Assembly (NCBI GenBank): GCA_051362555.1
Contig: CM120640.1
Coordinates: forward strand, 24,724,225 to 24,788,224
DNA from: Lingula anatina
Lineage: Eukaryota > Animalia > Brachiopoda
Length of the DNA: 64,000 nucleotides
Direction: 5' to 3'
Part shown: positions 1 through 11,089 of the stretch, piece after piece
How the letters are laid out: the number at the start of each line of letters is the position of its first letter
Numbering within the stretch: the first letter of the stretch is position 1
Position numbers and translations under genes: made by a program
Notes under the pieces: generated by a model
Databases searched by the model: none
The model's input: the letters and a program-made list of their open reading frames with translations, nothing else
What the model was told of the DNA's origin: nothing

Positions 1-120
1 ATCTCTGCAGTAATTTATTACACAAAGACTATATATTGTGCAGAAAAAAGCAAATTTAGGTGTCTCTGGAGGTACCCGAGATTCTAACAGCAATACTTGT
101 AGCAAGAGATAAAATTGCTG

Positions 121-209
121 TTTATTTCAATTGAATCAGAAACCTAAATACCTTTAAATGATAGTATTAAATATTCATAAAATGTTAAAATATCAAAAAT
201 ATATTTATT
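121..209 (-). terminator. Candidate KAT14 polyadenylation signals
   Basis: AATAAA on the minus strand (plus TTTATT) at 204-209 and 121-126, 0.4-0.5 kb after the stop. Confidence 0.4.
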
Positions 210-297
210 TGCTAATGAAACATGAAAAGCTCAATACACATTTGGAAGTATTATCACTATGAACTGGCCTGTTGATGGACAAAAGAGTGTCTTGGCT

Positions 298-299
<2 letters not shown>

Positions 300-343
<44 letters not shown>
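300..343. repeat. (TA)n microsatellite in KAT14 3' UTR region
   Basis: Uninterrupted TA dinucleotide run. Confidence 0.95.
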
Positions 344-350
<7 letters not shown>

Positions 351-622
351 TCATTCATAATAAATATTTATAAAATTCCAAAACCCTGCAGGGATTTGAA
401 AATATTACAAATTGCCTCCAATTAGTTGACTTTTTAAAAACAAAGTTCACAAAAGCTCACATCCCTGAAAATTTGTAACACCCTATTTCTATCCAGTCCA
501 AAAAATTTTTGTGATGCCAGGAGGAATTTTCATATTTTGGTTAAAACGGCATGTAGTATTTCTCCCATCTGTGTACAGAAACAAAATCTCATTTTCTTAA
601 GTCTACGGTTGCCCAAATTAAA

Positions 623-796
623 TCATCTTCGAAGTCGAAGAAAGAAAGCATGTTTACAGTCTTTTGAATCTTCTGGATAATACTTGTCATAGAAGTCCAG
701 AATGAATTCTTCTGGTTTGAAACCGAATTTTTGATAGAGCAGCATAGCCGCATTGGTTGCAGAAACGTGAAGAGTAACATCTTTGCCCATACAGGT
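623..796 (-). CDS. KAT14: KAT14 last coding exon
   Basis: TCMGKDVTLHVSATNAAMLLYQKFGFK..KHAFFLRLRR, TGA at 625-623. Confidence 0.95.
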   Translation of the reverse strand, partial: TCMGKDVTLHVSATNAAMLLYQKFGFKPEEFILDFYDKYYPEDSKDCKHAFFLRLRR

Positions 797-3700
797 CTGA
801 AGGAGAAAAAAATTGAATACATAATTATAACACCTGGAAAAGAGGGGGGTGTAACAAAAATTAGATCTATATCTTAAAATAGCCATTAATATTTCATTCT
901 GTGTAAAAATCAAACTGATACGCTGTATCTTGAAAAGAAATACACAAAACAATACAAAAAACCTGCACCTATACTTAAAAGAAAGTGGCAAATGCAGCCC
1001 TGAGTAGAGATACTGTCATTACAACTTTATTTTCTAACCCACCTGAATAAGATGATAAAGCATGAAGGTGGCAATCCCACACCTCCGCCACTCTGGGTGG
1101 GTGAAGATGAAGGAGATATAGGCCTCGTTGTACTTTACATCTGGCACCATGAAGGCAAAGCCTATCACAATTTTCCTGTGTTAAAAAATGTTATGAACAG
1201 ATTTATGTAAGAGCCTACTTATTATAATGCCCATTTATATGTCGAAATCCATAATTAGTTACAGAATCAACTTGCAATGAAGTTTCATATTTTAACATTG
1301 CCATAGTTATGTCTACATTTTGCCTGTGATATATGCTGTTTAGATAGATGTCTTTTCAAATTTAATTTGGAGAAACTTACCTGTAGAGGACTACACAACT
1401 GAAGTCTGGATACTGTAGGCACTCGGACACTGGCAATAGAACATTTAATAGAAAATTACAATCAATGAGAACTTCATTTAATTGTTGGAAGATCACATTT
1501 TTATTAGCCTCAACAAACTTTACCTTGTCCAAAAAGTTTCTTCAAATATCCTCTTAATCATTTAAAAGATTAAGCTTTTTAAATTGAAAAGCTTTGTGTC
1601 ATTTTTTACAAGTGGCGCCATTAGTATTGTTGTACCTCCAGAGTCGATCTATAAAACCATTTGAAAATATGCTTTTCATCATATTTTTCACAACAAATTT
1701 AAATCACACTGTAACTTACAATCAATCCCTGGCCAGAAGAATTCTCTACATAGAGCATTTACTGAGGGTATATGCTGTGGTCTCACATAGCAGTAATCTA
1801 TAGGAGGCAAGACTGGTGGCTCCCAGCTTGGGTCATCCCTGTAAAGTTGATTTTCCTATCTTGATAACAAGAGCTGTTTACATCTGCACATCTGATGGAT
1901 TTCTTTTAACATGTGCACATTTGAGCTGTTGGGAAAAATTATCTTTATATGATGTCCATAAATCAATATGCATCAAAGGCATTTTTTTTTCAACAAACCT
2001 GAACAGCTTACCTGTGTGGAAATGAAATAATTTCTTGAAAAAGTTTCATCTTTAACGATACCGATTCATAATCTCGTCTGATAAATGGTTTCAAAAATCT
2101 GAAAATTAAAAAGTATGGAGGGTATACATCACACCTGAATTTCAAGATTCCACATCAAAATATTTCACAGGCAGCAATATAAAAACTTAAATAGCATAAC
2201 TCTAAAATTGCAAAGAAACTTTGTTCAAGTCAAACTAGTCAGATCTGTTTGGAAAATAACAACATTACATCAACTAAAAAAGAAAGAAAAGAAAAGGAAA
2301 AATGAATAGAGCTAGTGTTGGTTTACCTTGCAGTATAAGGACTACATATACTTTGCAGCTGATCATCCTCTGTGCCCACGAGGCGGTTCAGAAATGATGA
2401 GAAATGAGGTACTTGTGAAGGCAAAGAATGAGATGGCATCTGAAATCTATCTAGCACTCTGTAGTCTGCATATCCAAACCTTGAAGTAGGCAGATGAGAT
2501 GGATTCATCTGGTAATTTAACTAAAAATAAAAATATTACAGTTAACATGTTTTAAGTACATTTGATGTTATAAACAATTCAATTTTGTTACAGTGTTTTT
2601 CAAATTTTTCTTATCTCCATTTCAGACTTTAAAAAAAAGTGGAACATAATAACATCTCAAGATGAAAAGTTGAGGACTTCTTCATCAATAAGGAAAAGGT
2701 GCTTTAAAAGTTTTGCTGCAATACATTTACCCGCACACTTACATCACACATGTAATGAAACCTCTAATCTTTAAAGCCTTATAGATTTATTTTTTCAAAA
2801 ATTCACCAACCTCTAAGTCACGTCTTTGCCCTGTCAGCATGGCCATGGTTGCATCCAAGTCAAAGATAGGTAAACCACGTTCTCTCTTAAGCTGAAACCA
2901 AAGTCATCAAATTTTTTATTCCGACTATCTTCAAATTTGAACTCTTGCTAGCCATTTGTAGTAAAGGTAAGGCTGCAGTTCCACTAGCTTTAGGCACTGC
3001 TACTAAGCCCATTCCAATGCTACATTTGCAGTTATGTATTTTTCTTTGATAAAAGTCTTAAATTCTTGAGTGAATGCATTTCAATAATTATAGTCTTTTA
3101 ACTAGCATATATTAATGAAAAAATTCTGTACCTGTCTGACACGTAATTTAGCCCTAAATCTTTTTGTTTCACTGTCTAGTTCTACACCAGAGCCAATTGA
3201 ATTTAATTTCTTCAATAGCCGTTTTTCTTCATATACACTCATAGGTTCATATCTGAAAGCAAACATTGTTGTTTAATGTAAAGGTTAAAAACAATCAATG
3301 GTTCACATAAAAAATTAGAGCTTTTCTCAAGTTTTTTTACTTACATTTCAAAAAAGCATCAAGAAGGAGGAAATTATTTGTGGAAGGCTATAAAGAATAT
3401 CCCACTCCTTGTGAATGGAAAAAGGCAAGCAACATTTTTCAAAAAAAATGTAAGGGACCACAGATAGTTTAAAAATAAACTGCATACTCACACTGGGTCT
3501 GGAGGCTTCGACTCTGGAGGAACTTCAGTGATCTCATTTTCTTTCTTTAGAGGTTTGTTTTGGTTTTCATTCACACTAGACTGAAAAAGGCATAAGACTA
3601 GTTTCAGTGATTGTATTTGGACAGCAAGAAATACAAATGAAAAATTTCAATGCCCAAGATGGTAATGTGGTAATGTGAAGATAACCAAAAATTCCAACTT

Positions 3701-5410
3701 TTCGAAGATAATAAGCATGCTGTAGTAAAACATCACTTACATTGTCAGAGGACTCAGATGCAGCATCATGTTCATTCTCTGATGACTCAACATCACTTTC
3801 ATCTTCCTCGTTTTCTTTATTTTCTGCAAGCTGCACTTCTTCTTGTCCTTCTTCTTCTTCTTCTCTGCCTTGGAAGTTTGTTTCAGATTCAGTGGTGACA
3901 GTTTTGGTCACTGTTGCCATAGCTGTGCTATTCAGTTCAACTACATCTAAAAATGGCACAGTATGCAGAAGTGCAACTTACAGCAGTTAATGAAAACACA
4001 GCATTATTATTCACAACAGATTTACAACACAAAAATGAAAAAAAAAAGATGTTAGGAAAATTTATAGTATGTATCACGTTTCTTCTATCACCTGATTATC
4101 ATAATCTTCTATTTATTATTTATATATTGTTTAAAACGTTATGCCTTTAAGTTATCATGATCTTTATCGCAAATGGAGTTTTCAATTCAATACTGCCTAC
4201 ATTCACCTTTACCTGTATGTTGTAATGCAGACAGAATGTCAACAACATCTGGAGTATTGTCCATCATGAGGGTGTCCTCATCTCTGGGAGGAGAGATACT
4301 GCCAGGATCTATTTCAAAGTCACTGTCATCTTCTAGAGCCTCATCCTCCATCAACAACAACTGGGGGACTGTCTCTAGAATTAAATGCAATTGCTCAAAT
4401 GATATGCCTACCTTTGTAAATTACTGTCGTTAACAATTCTAGATATAGCTCTCAGTAAGATTTGCCACAAAAGCACAAGTGTCAGGTGTTATTTTCCATC
4501 GCTCTTACAGTAAGTGGTATACAGAGCAAGTATGTCTACAGTTACTGGGGCTGTGCCACACCCCTCTCTTAAGGTTGTCACAGTCATAATGCCCACACTC
4601 GTTTAAGTTCACTAGAGCTTGTTGATTTCATTTCCTTTCCACTGGTAGCAGCTGACTCTTCTTCACCCTGAGTTTAAGAGAACACTGAAAACTTTCCTCC
4701 CTACTATCAGCATGCTTCTGTCAATACTGGAAATGACTGAGGCATGCTGATTGTAGAAAGTAGAGTTTCTAGTGTCCTCTGAAATTCAGGGGAATTCTAG
4801 TCAGGTACACAGCCAAAAAAGCTATTTACCACAGTGAAAAATCCAACCTGAACAACTAATGGGCTGAGCATTTATTTTCAAATGACATTGGCATATTTAT
4901 TAAGAAAAAGAACAAGGCAGCAAAGCTGTCAAATGTACAGACAAAAACCAGAAAATAAAAACGCAGGAAATAGGATACTGTCAATTCTGATAAACTAATG
5001 TATTATGCTTACTGTAACTGCATAGCCAACATCAAATTCTTATTCTGCATAACATTGGATTAGGATGAAAGTAAAATGTGTATCAAGCATTAGACTAAGT
5101 TCCCATACCTAGATCAATCTAACAGGATCAATCCAACTCCAAGGGGTTTCTCAATAAATTGCTTTCAGTTTGAGAGTCTTAGGATTCTGGCATGCCAGTT
5201 TCAGTAGGCGTGACAGACAACTAAGCCACTTACATTGATTGCAATTTAGCAAGAATTCCCATGGAAATAGATCGATCCACAGTTAGCGTGATAGGGTCTG
5301 GAAATAGTCCCTAAGGTGTCAGGCTGATAAGAGTTAAACTTTGGAAATGCCAGAATGAGGTACAGTGAAAATTACACACAAAAAAAAATTGCTTAAACTC
5401 ATTAAAAAAA

Positions 5411-5449
<39 letters not shown>

Positions 5450-8400
5450 ATATATATATATATATATATAATTAATTTTTTTTTTTTTTTTGGCTGTATG
5501 TCAATCCTAAGAATCATTCTTGTAACTTAACAAAATACAGAAAATGTTACAAAGTAAGAGTACAGGGCTACTGGCAGATGAGAGTGATAAGTCACAACTT
5601 GAAAATGCCAGTATAGCACTCTATAAACCTGAAATGCCTCCAAAACAGAAAACAATCACACTGGTTTTCAAACACAAGCTGCGCACTTCTGTCTTATGAA
5701 ACTTTTCAGTAAGTTTCAGTATCGTAAGTAACATGGTTTTCCCTTAATCGCTATCCTGGCAGCAGTGTCCAAAATAGGGTTTTCTTCAACTTTCATGCAA
5801 TAAAACATAATACTTAACAGCATAATGACCATCAAAATTTTTTATAAAAAAAATAAAAGTATCATGAATATTCAGAAAATGTGATTTGGGAAGGTCTTCA
5901 AGGCCATGGCAGTTCAGAGTCACACTTTCAAAATGCCAAAATGTAAACAAGAAATAACTGTACTGAAATGATTTTCTTTCCATTTTCAACACCTTTTTTA
6001 AAACAAAATGATCAATAAACTGTCATTTTTAAATGTTCAACTAGGAAAATTGTTGACATAGGAAAAATATCAATAAAACAATTTTCAATGTCCAATTTGC
6101 TCCATTTGCAGATGCTGAACATAGTGAATGATTAAATCTGACAAACTGCAATGATGAGTTCCTTTCCATTTATGATACTTTATTACACAATGCACAATAT
6201 TATAACAGGTTTACCGTCATTTTTTTATAATCAACAAACAATATTGTTAAGAAGCAGAAAATGTCAAAACAACACTTTTACATATCTTATTAGTTCCATA
6301 ATGAGACTGTTAACATGCCTAAGAATTAAATCTGAAGAAATAACAATTATACACAAAAATACAGAAAATGCACAGCACTTCTGGTGGATGGGAGTAAAAA
6401 ATCACATCTTGAAGATGCTAGTGTTTGAAAAATAATTTCAAAAAAATTTTAAATAAAACGTAAAAAATTCCAATAAAGCTGCTATTCAAACTTTTAATCT
6501 AGCTGTATTAACTTGATATTAATAACCCCAACAAGTTTGAGAAAAATAAACCACTGTTATTCATCTATAGCATGTTGGCATAACACATTCTTTTTGTTGT
6601 AAATTTATTTGCAATGTTAAACACCATTTATCTGCACAATTATCACCAAATCCTAATTTTGTGACACAGTTAAGAGAGCTAAACCTATGGGACTTTACAG
6701 GGAAATCTCAAGGAGTGTTTTATGTAATCTCATTTAATGGCCAATTGAAAATTAATGAGTAGGCAAGTGACTTTATAGACCTTAATTTAATTAGTGATCA
6801 CCCAAGGGACAATTTTATAGACTGCTATCCATACAGTACCATCATATAGCACAAAGGTGTTGCATACATGCTGAAAAAAAGTGAAAAAACAGCATTACTT
6901 CCCTAAAAATGACCTGATCATGCTGATTTTCAAACTTGACCTGCGTATTATGAATATTCATTAGTTCTGCAAGTTTCAAACCAAAAGGTAAAATGGTTTT
7001 CCACTTATCATGTTTTCAGTGTTGCATATATGCTGAAAAAAGTGAAAAACAGCATAACTTCCAATCATACTGATTTTCAAACTTGACCTGCGTATTATGA
7101 ATATTCATCAGTTCGTTAAGTTTGAAACCAAAAGGTAAAATGGTTTTCCACTTATCGTGTTATCGGTGCTGCATATATGCTGAAAAAAGTGAAAAAACAG
7201 CATAACTACCCTAAAAATGACCCGATCATGCTGATTTTCGAACTTGACCTGCGTAATATGAATATTCATAAGTTCTGCAAGTTTCAAACCAAAAGGTAAA
7301 ATGATTTTTCACTTATCATGTTATCAGTGTTGCATATATGGTGAAAAAAGTGAAAAACAGCATAACTCTCCTAAAAATGACCCGATCATGCTGATTTTCG
7401 AACTTGACCTGCGTATTATGAATATTCATCAGTTTCAAGGGAAAAGGTAAAATGGTTTTCCACTTATCGTGTTATCGGTGCTGCATATATGCTGAAACAA
7501 GACAGCACTGTTCTGCAATGGGTTTACTTCCATTTTTAAAACACTTTTTCAACATAAAACAAAATAAACAGTTTTCTACCATTTGTATATGATCAACTAA
7601 GAAAATTGATCAGATGGGAAAAATATCAATAGAACAGTGTTAAATGTCCAATTCCCTCCATTCTGAGATAATGAATATAGTAGATGATTGAATCTGACAA
7701 ACTGCAATGATATTTGTTTATTGCCATTTTTGACACTTTATAACATAATACTCAATAACAAGTTTACCATCATTTTTACATAATCAACTAACAATGTTAT
7801 TAAGATACAGGAAATGTCAAACAAACACTTTTACGTATCTTATTAGTTCAATAATGAGACTGTTAACATGCCTAATAATTAAATCTGAGGAAATGTGAAA
7901 AAACAGCAGAACTTCTAAAAGAATGGCCCGTTTATGCTGATTTTGGAACTCAACCTGCGTTTTAGTTAGTCTGACTACTCCTGTGAGTATAATGACAATT
8001 GGCCTATCTGTTTTTCTTATATTGTGTTATTAGCGTTGCATATATGTTGAAAGAAGTGAAAAAACAGCATAACTTCCCTAAAAATGCCCTAAAAATGGCT
8101 ATATGTACAGACACATCTGTGTCTGTACATAAAAATGCCATCACCTCATACCTGGAGGTTTCAAATCTTTTTCAGTGAACCATGAACCTTTCCCCATGGC
8201 ATCAAGAGCATCCTGCTGACTGTCTGCCATCACATTCATCTCTTCTGAAGCTGTTCCCTGTGCACTGGGGACAGCTGATGAGGACCTGGTGGTTCTGCCT
8301 GTTCTCAGCACTGGTGGTTGTGGAACAGTCATGTTGCTGATGGGTTTATCAACATCCATTGTGAAATCAGTGCCTGAATCAGTGCTGGAACGAGTTTTTC

Positions 8401-10240
8401 TGATGTCTTTGGCTTCCTAATAAACATATTAATACTAGGCTTAAAGATGCCTTATAGCCAAAAAGGAGACATTGTAATGGTCTATACAGATATACCAGAT
8501 ATGGTTAATTACTAATAAAATGAAATACTGATATGCCATACCCATTTTAAACTTGGTTTGACTAAGGAGGATTTGTATGAAATCATTATTGCATATAACT
8601 TAATCTTCACCTGTGTTACTGAGCGTCTTGCTTTCAGTTCAATTGCAGCTTGTATGGACGTCTTCCTAGCTCTGGTTCTCAGACCTTCCATTTTTACTGC
8701 CAGAGATTCCTTAGAGTCCAACTTTTGTTTCTTGCCATGTCTCTGGCCCGACTCTGAAAAATTGGAAAGGAATCCTAGTTTAAAGGATAAAAACATCAGA
8801 ATATTACCTTTTTCAACAGAGAATTTTCTACTGATAAATATGATATACATCAGTACACATTGACTGGGTTCCTGTGCCTAGATCAATCTAACTAGATCGA
8901 CCCATCTCTAAGGGGTTTCTCGCTAAATTGCTTATATGTCTGGCATGCCTACTGAAGCCGCTAAATGATAGTCAATTACCCTCTAACAGCTGGGCGTGCA
9001 AGACATCTAAGCTGCTGATGTTGATAGCAATTTAGTGAGAACCCCCTTGGAGATAGATCGATCCAAAGTTAGTACCATAGTCTCTGGGAATGGTCTCATT
9101 CATGCAAAAACTGCACCTTGATCAAGTGAAAGTGGTTTCATCTCTGTTAACTTCCACCATCCTGATTCCTTTAGCTCCAGTTGACCAGAGACAAAGTATT
9201 TAGGGCAGCCTGCAGACAGGGCACCAGCAACTGTACCATGCCAGGTTGACGTCTTCTTTCTTTAAAAAATTGTAAAATGTGTAGCTTTCACACTCATAGA
9301 AATAAAAGAACAATTAGAGAAGACATTTTGATACAATGAGATTCTCATAACACTCTAGTGTTAAATTAACTTTGGATAATACTGTTATGACACCACTTTG
9401 CCCTCTACTTTTGCAAATTTCAAATACAACTGAAATAACAAGAAGTTATGTCTTACTTTGAGGCATCAAATAAATGAATCCAGTGCTTATCAATAAAAGC
9501 ACAAATATGTTCCTTCCAGCGGAAATAGCCACACTTTCCAGCTCCTTGTAACTGTAGATTGTACAGTGCCAGCACAACAACCTGGGTCCTAGAATCAAAT
9601 TTACACATTCCATGCCATCATTGGACATACCCTTCATCAAATAACACACGCCAACCAAACCTAACTTATCTTTTAATAAACTGTTCTGTGCAATCATAAA
9701 TAGCCTAATTAGTGGTCGTAAAATGCACCTGCAAAAAAATGTTAAAATTCTGTTCCTAGACAGATCTACAATATAAATAATGGCATACCACTGTAGTTTC
9801 TGTCTGGTACATCTCTCCTCCCCAGTGTCACTGCATTCCTGACAAGTTAGGGCAAAGAAAGTATCTCCTTCAAGAGGGGTTGGTCTCCCTGTTTTTAGAC
9901 ACTCTGTAAATATTAAAGACAATATAAACTGATAAAACAAAATTCATGAAAATGCTGACACGAATGCATTTTCCTTATCAAAATCAGTTTTCAAAATACA
10001 TGTACCTATTCAAATGGAAATACCATCCTGAGAATTCAACATTAGAATAAAATGATTAAGTTTGTGGGGTATACTGTACATTTTTAAAAGTATCCTGAAA
10101 GAGTTATCATGTTGCAAGTCCTAAAATGTTAACGTTGTATATTTACCAAAATGAAATTTCTTCTTGCATATTGTGCACTGTAGTACATGTTCTTGTAACT
10201 TGGATACATTTTCACCACAGTAGCAAGTGTCAGTCTTCAT
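623..10240 (-). CDS. KAT14: Lysine acetyltransferase 14 / CSRP2-binding protein (ATAC2), whole spliced gene, ~768 aa
   Basis: 17 GT-AG exons join in phase (2307 nt). N-terminal PHD-like finger + winged-helix region (LALYNL..GYFRWKEHICAFIDKHW..STWHGTVAGALSAG); C-terminal GNAT domain (IDYCYVRPQHIPSVNALCREFFWPGIDLSECLQYPDF..NEAYISFIFTHPEWRRCGIATFMLYHLIQTCMGKDVTLHVSATN..KHAFFLRLRR*) closely matching vertebrate KAT14 as recalled. Confidence 0.95.
1043..1175 (-). CDS. KAT14: KAT14 coding exon 16 (GNAT motif A)
   Basis: KIVIGFAFMVPDVKYNEAYISFIFTHPEWRRCGIATFMLYHLIQ. Confidence 0.95.
1381..1429 (-). CDS. KAT14: KAT14 coding exon 15
   Basis: SECLQYPDFSCVVLYR. Confidence 0.93.
1720..1838 (-). CDS. KAT14: KAT14 coding exon 14
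   Basis: DDPSWEPPVLPPIDYCYVRPQHIPSVNALCREFFWPGID. Confidence 0.93.
2012..2098 (-). CDS. KAT14: KAT14 coding exon 13
   Basis: FLKPFIRRDYESVSLKMKLFQEIISFPH. Confidence 0.9.
2327..2520 (-). CDS. KAT14: KAT14 coding exon 12
   Basis: LNYQMNP..YRVLDRFQ..FLNRLVGTEDDQLQSICSPYTAR. Confidence 0.9.
2811..2891 (-). CDS. KAT14: KAT14 coding exon 11
   Basis: LKRERGLPIFDLDATMAMLTGQRRDLE. Confidence 0.9.
3132..3252 (-). CDS. KAT14: KAT14 coding exon 10
   Basis: YEPMSVYEEKRLLKKLN..KRFRAKLRVRQ. Confidence 0.9.
3492..3580 (-). CDS. KAT14: KAT14 coding exon 9
   Basis: SSVNENQNKPLKKENEITEVPPESKPPDP; donor GTGAGT. Confidence 0.85.
3741..3946 (-). CDS. KAT14: KAT14 coding exon 8 (acidic)
   Basis: DVVELNSTAM..EEEEEGQEEVQ..SSDN; donor GTAAGT. 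Confidence 0.85.
4213..4374 (-). CDS. KAT14: KAT14 coding exon 7
   Basis: ETVPQLLLMEDEALEDDSDFEIDPG..; alternative in-frame donor would end at 4207. Confidence 0.8.
4652..4804. repeat. Degenerate inverted repeat (~70-bp arms, 10-nt loop) in KAT14 intron
   Basis: CCCTGAGTTTAAGAGAACACTGAAAACT..CTACTATCAGCATGCTTCTGTCA pairs with TGACTGAGGCATGCTGATTGTAG..AGTTTTCTAGTGTCCTCTGAAATTCAGGG. Confidence 0.8.
5093..5311. mobile_element. MITE family A copy 1 (PIF/Harbinger Tourist-like)
   Basis: Shares CTAGATCAATCTAAC..AAGGGGTTTCTC..TAAATTGC..GCAATTTAG..ATAGATCGATCC with 8865-9097 and 16082-16306; flanked by TTA/TAA. Confidence 0.7.
5411..5491. repeat. Compound (TATC)n-(TA)n microsatellite plus poly-T
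   Basis: Seen directly. Confidence 0.9.
5977..6340 (+). repeat. ~365-bp direct repeat copy 1 (copy 2 at 7527-7893)
   Basis: Colinear shared blocks, e.g. GAAAAATATCAATA, AATCTGACAAACTGCAATGAT, TATCTTATTAGTTC-ATAATGAGACTGTTAACATGCCTAA. Confidence 0.85.
6857..7497 (+). repeat. Tandem array of a ~150-162-bp unit (4 units + partial)
   Basis: Units start at ~6857, 7019, 7166, 7327, 7478 (GTG[TC]TGCATATATGCTGAAAAAAGTGAAAAAACAGCATAAC..AACTTGACCTGCGTATTATGAATATTCAT..AAAAGGTAAAATGGTTTTCCACTTATC). Confidence 0.95.
7527..7893 (+). repeat. ~365-bp direct repeat copy 2, interrupting the tandem array
   Basis: Diverged copy of 5977-6340; tandem-unit sequence resumes at ~7894. Confidence 0.85.
7894..8131 (+). 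mobile_element. Distal end of a Helentron/HINE-like non-autonomous element: diverged tandem units + terminal hairpin
   Basis: Degenerate unit copies 7894-8090, then perfect 14-bp stem TATGTACAGACACA-TC-TGTGTCTGTACATA (8102-8131). Family assignment is inferred from architecture only. Confidence 0.5.
8152..8416 (-). CDS. KAT14: KAT14 coding exon 6
   Basis: EAKDIRKTRSSTDSG..WFTEKDLKPP; donor GTATGA, phase 1. Confidence 0.85.
8611..8753 (-). CDS. KAT14: KAT14 coding exon 5
   Basis: ESGQRHGKKQKL..EGLRTRARKTSIQAAIELKARRSVTQ; phase-consistent. Confidence 0.85.
8865..9097. mobile_element. MITE family A copy 2
   Basis: Same internal blocks as the 5093 and 16082 copies; subterminal inverted repeats GGGGTTTCTCGCTAAATTGCT / AGCAATTTAGTGAGAACCCC. 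Confidence 0.75.
9117..9259 (-). CDS. KAT14: KAT14 coding exon 4
   Basis: KKTSTWHGTVAGALSAGCPKYFVSGQLELKESGWWKL. Confidence 0.9.
9457..9588 (-). CDS. KAT14: KAT14 coding exon 3
   Basis: TQVVVLALYNLQLQGAGKCGYFRWKEHICAFIDKHW; donor GTAAGA. Confidence 0.92.
9789..9903 (-). CDS. KAT14: KAT14 coding exon 2
   Basis: ECLKTGRPTPLEGDTFFALTCQECSDTGEERCTRQKLQW; AG/GT flanks. Confidence 0.9.
10147..10240 (-). CDS. KAT14: KAT14 coding exon 1
   Basis: ATG at 10240, MKTDTCYCGENVSKLQEHVLQCTICKKKFHF; acceptor at 10254-10255, donor GTAAAT. Start codon is inferred. Confidence 0.8.
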
Positions 10241-10561
10241 GATTGGATTAGCTCTGGAGCAGAAGATGATACATAAACTTGTCAAATGTTGGTAAAACAA
10301 TCCCATTATTTTAAACAAGAACACAAGCAGTTTGTCTTAAAGAGCAGTACACTACACCTTGTATATCACATTTTAACACCAGTAATACAACACTTAGGGC
10401 CAACTTTATAGTTCATAATTTGGAAAGAGAGTAGTGCCCGAGTATTTAAAATATTATATGTCACAGACTTTTCATTAAGAAGCATTTACCCAACATGAAA
10501 ACAAGCAAACAAACACATCATATGCTACTGAAGTCTATAGCTGCACGTACATATTGTGACA

Positions 10562-10852
10562 CAAGCCTGTAGTCAGGTTGGAGGGAAGATGGAGGGGGGG
10601 GGGGGGGGTTGCCTCAGGTAAGGCCTCATAACATCCTAAAACTCTCTTTCATGACTATGTGTGATGCCACTTACAAATGGTGTACTCAAGTGCTAACACT
10701 ATCTGATGGAATAAAAAGAGTAAAATGTTATCCAACTGGTTCATGAACCGATATATAAATGACTTTATTTGTGAATGATATGCTTCACAGTGTAATGGAA
10801 GACACACAGAGAAACAAGAACCCCCTTTTTAAACTTACTGGCTACAGGCCTG
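10562..10852. mobile_element. Possible degenerate hAT-like MITE
   Basis: Inverted ends CAAGCCTGTAGTCAG / CTGGCTACAGGCCTG and a subterminal poly-G; no clear TSD. Confidence 0.4.
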
Positions 10853-11089
10853 GTATTTGTGGGTCATCTTTTGCATCCCTCTGACCCTACGTTTGTATTT
10901 ACTTTATGTTACTGAGTGAGTGCCCCCCTCTTTCAGATTTTAAACTGGTGTTATTTGTCTAAATAGCTTTTAGCAGAGTGCTGGCCCAGGGGATTAATCT
11001 TAGGAGGAAAAGTTACACCGTTGACCTTGTTTACTTTTCCTTTTAGACTTTAATGTTACATTTTAACAGGGAGCATTGCAAAACCAAAA

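Noticed and set aside
3742-4433. Ser-rich plus-strand ORFs
   Set aside because: Antisense shadows of acidic KAT14 exons
6857-7497. Regularly spaced repeats as a CRISPR array
   Set aside because: Whole ~160-bp units repeat with no unique spacers; eukaryotic intron; no cas genes
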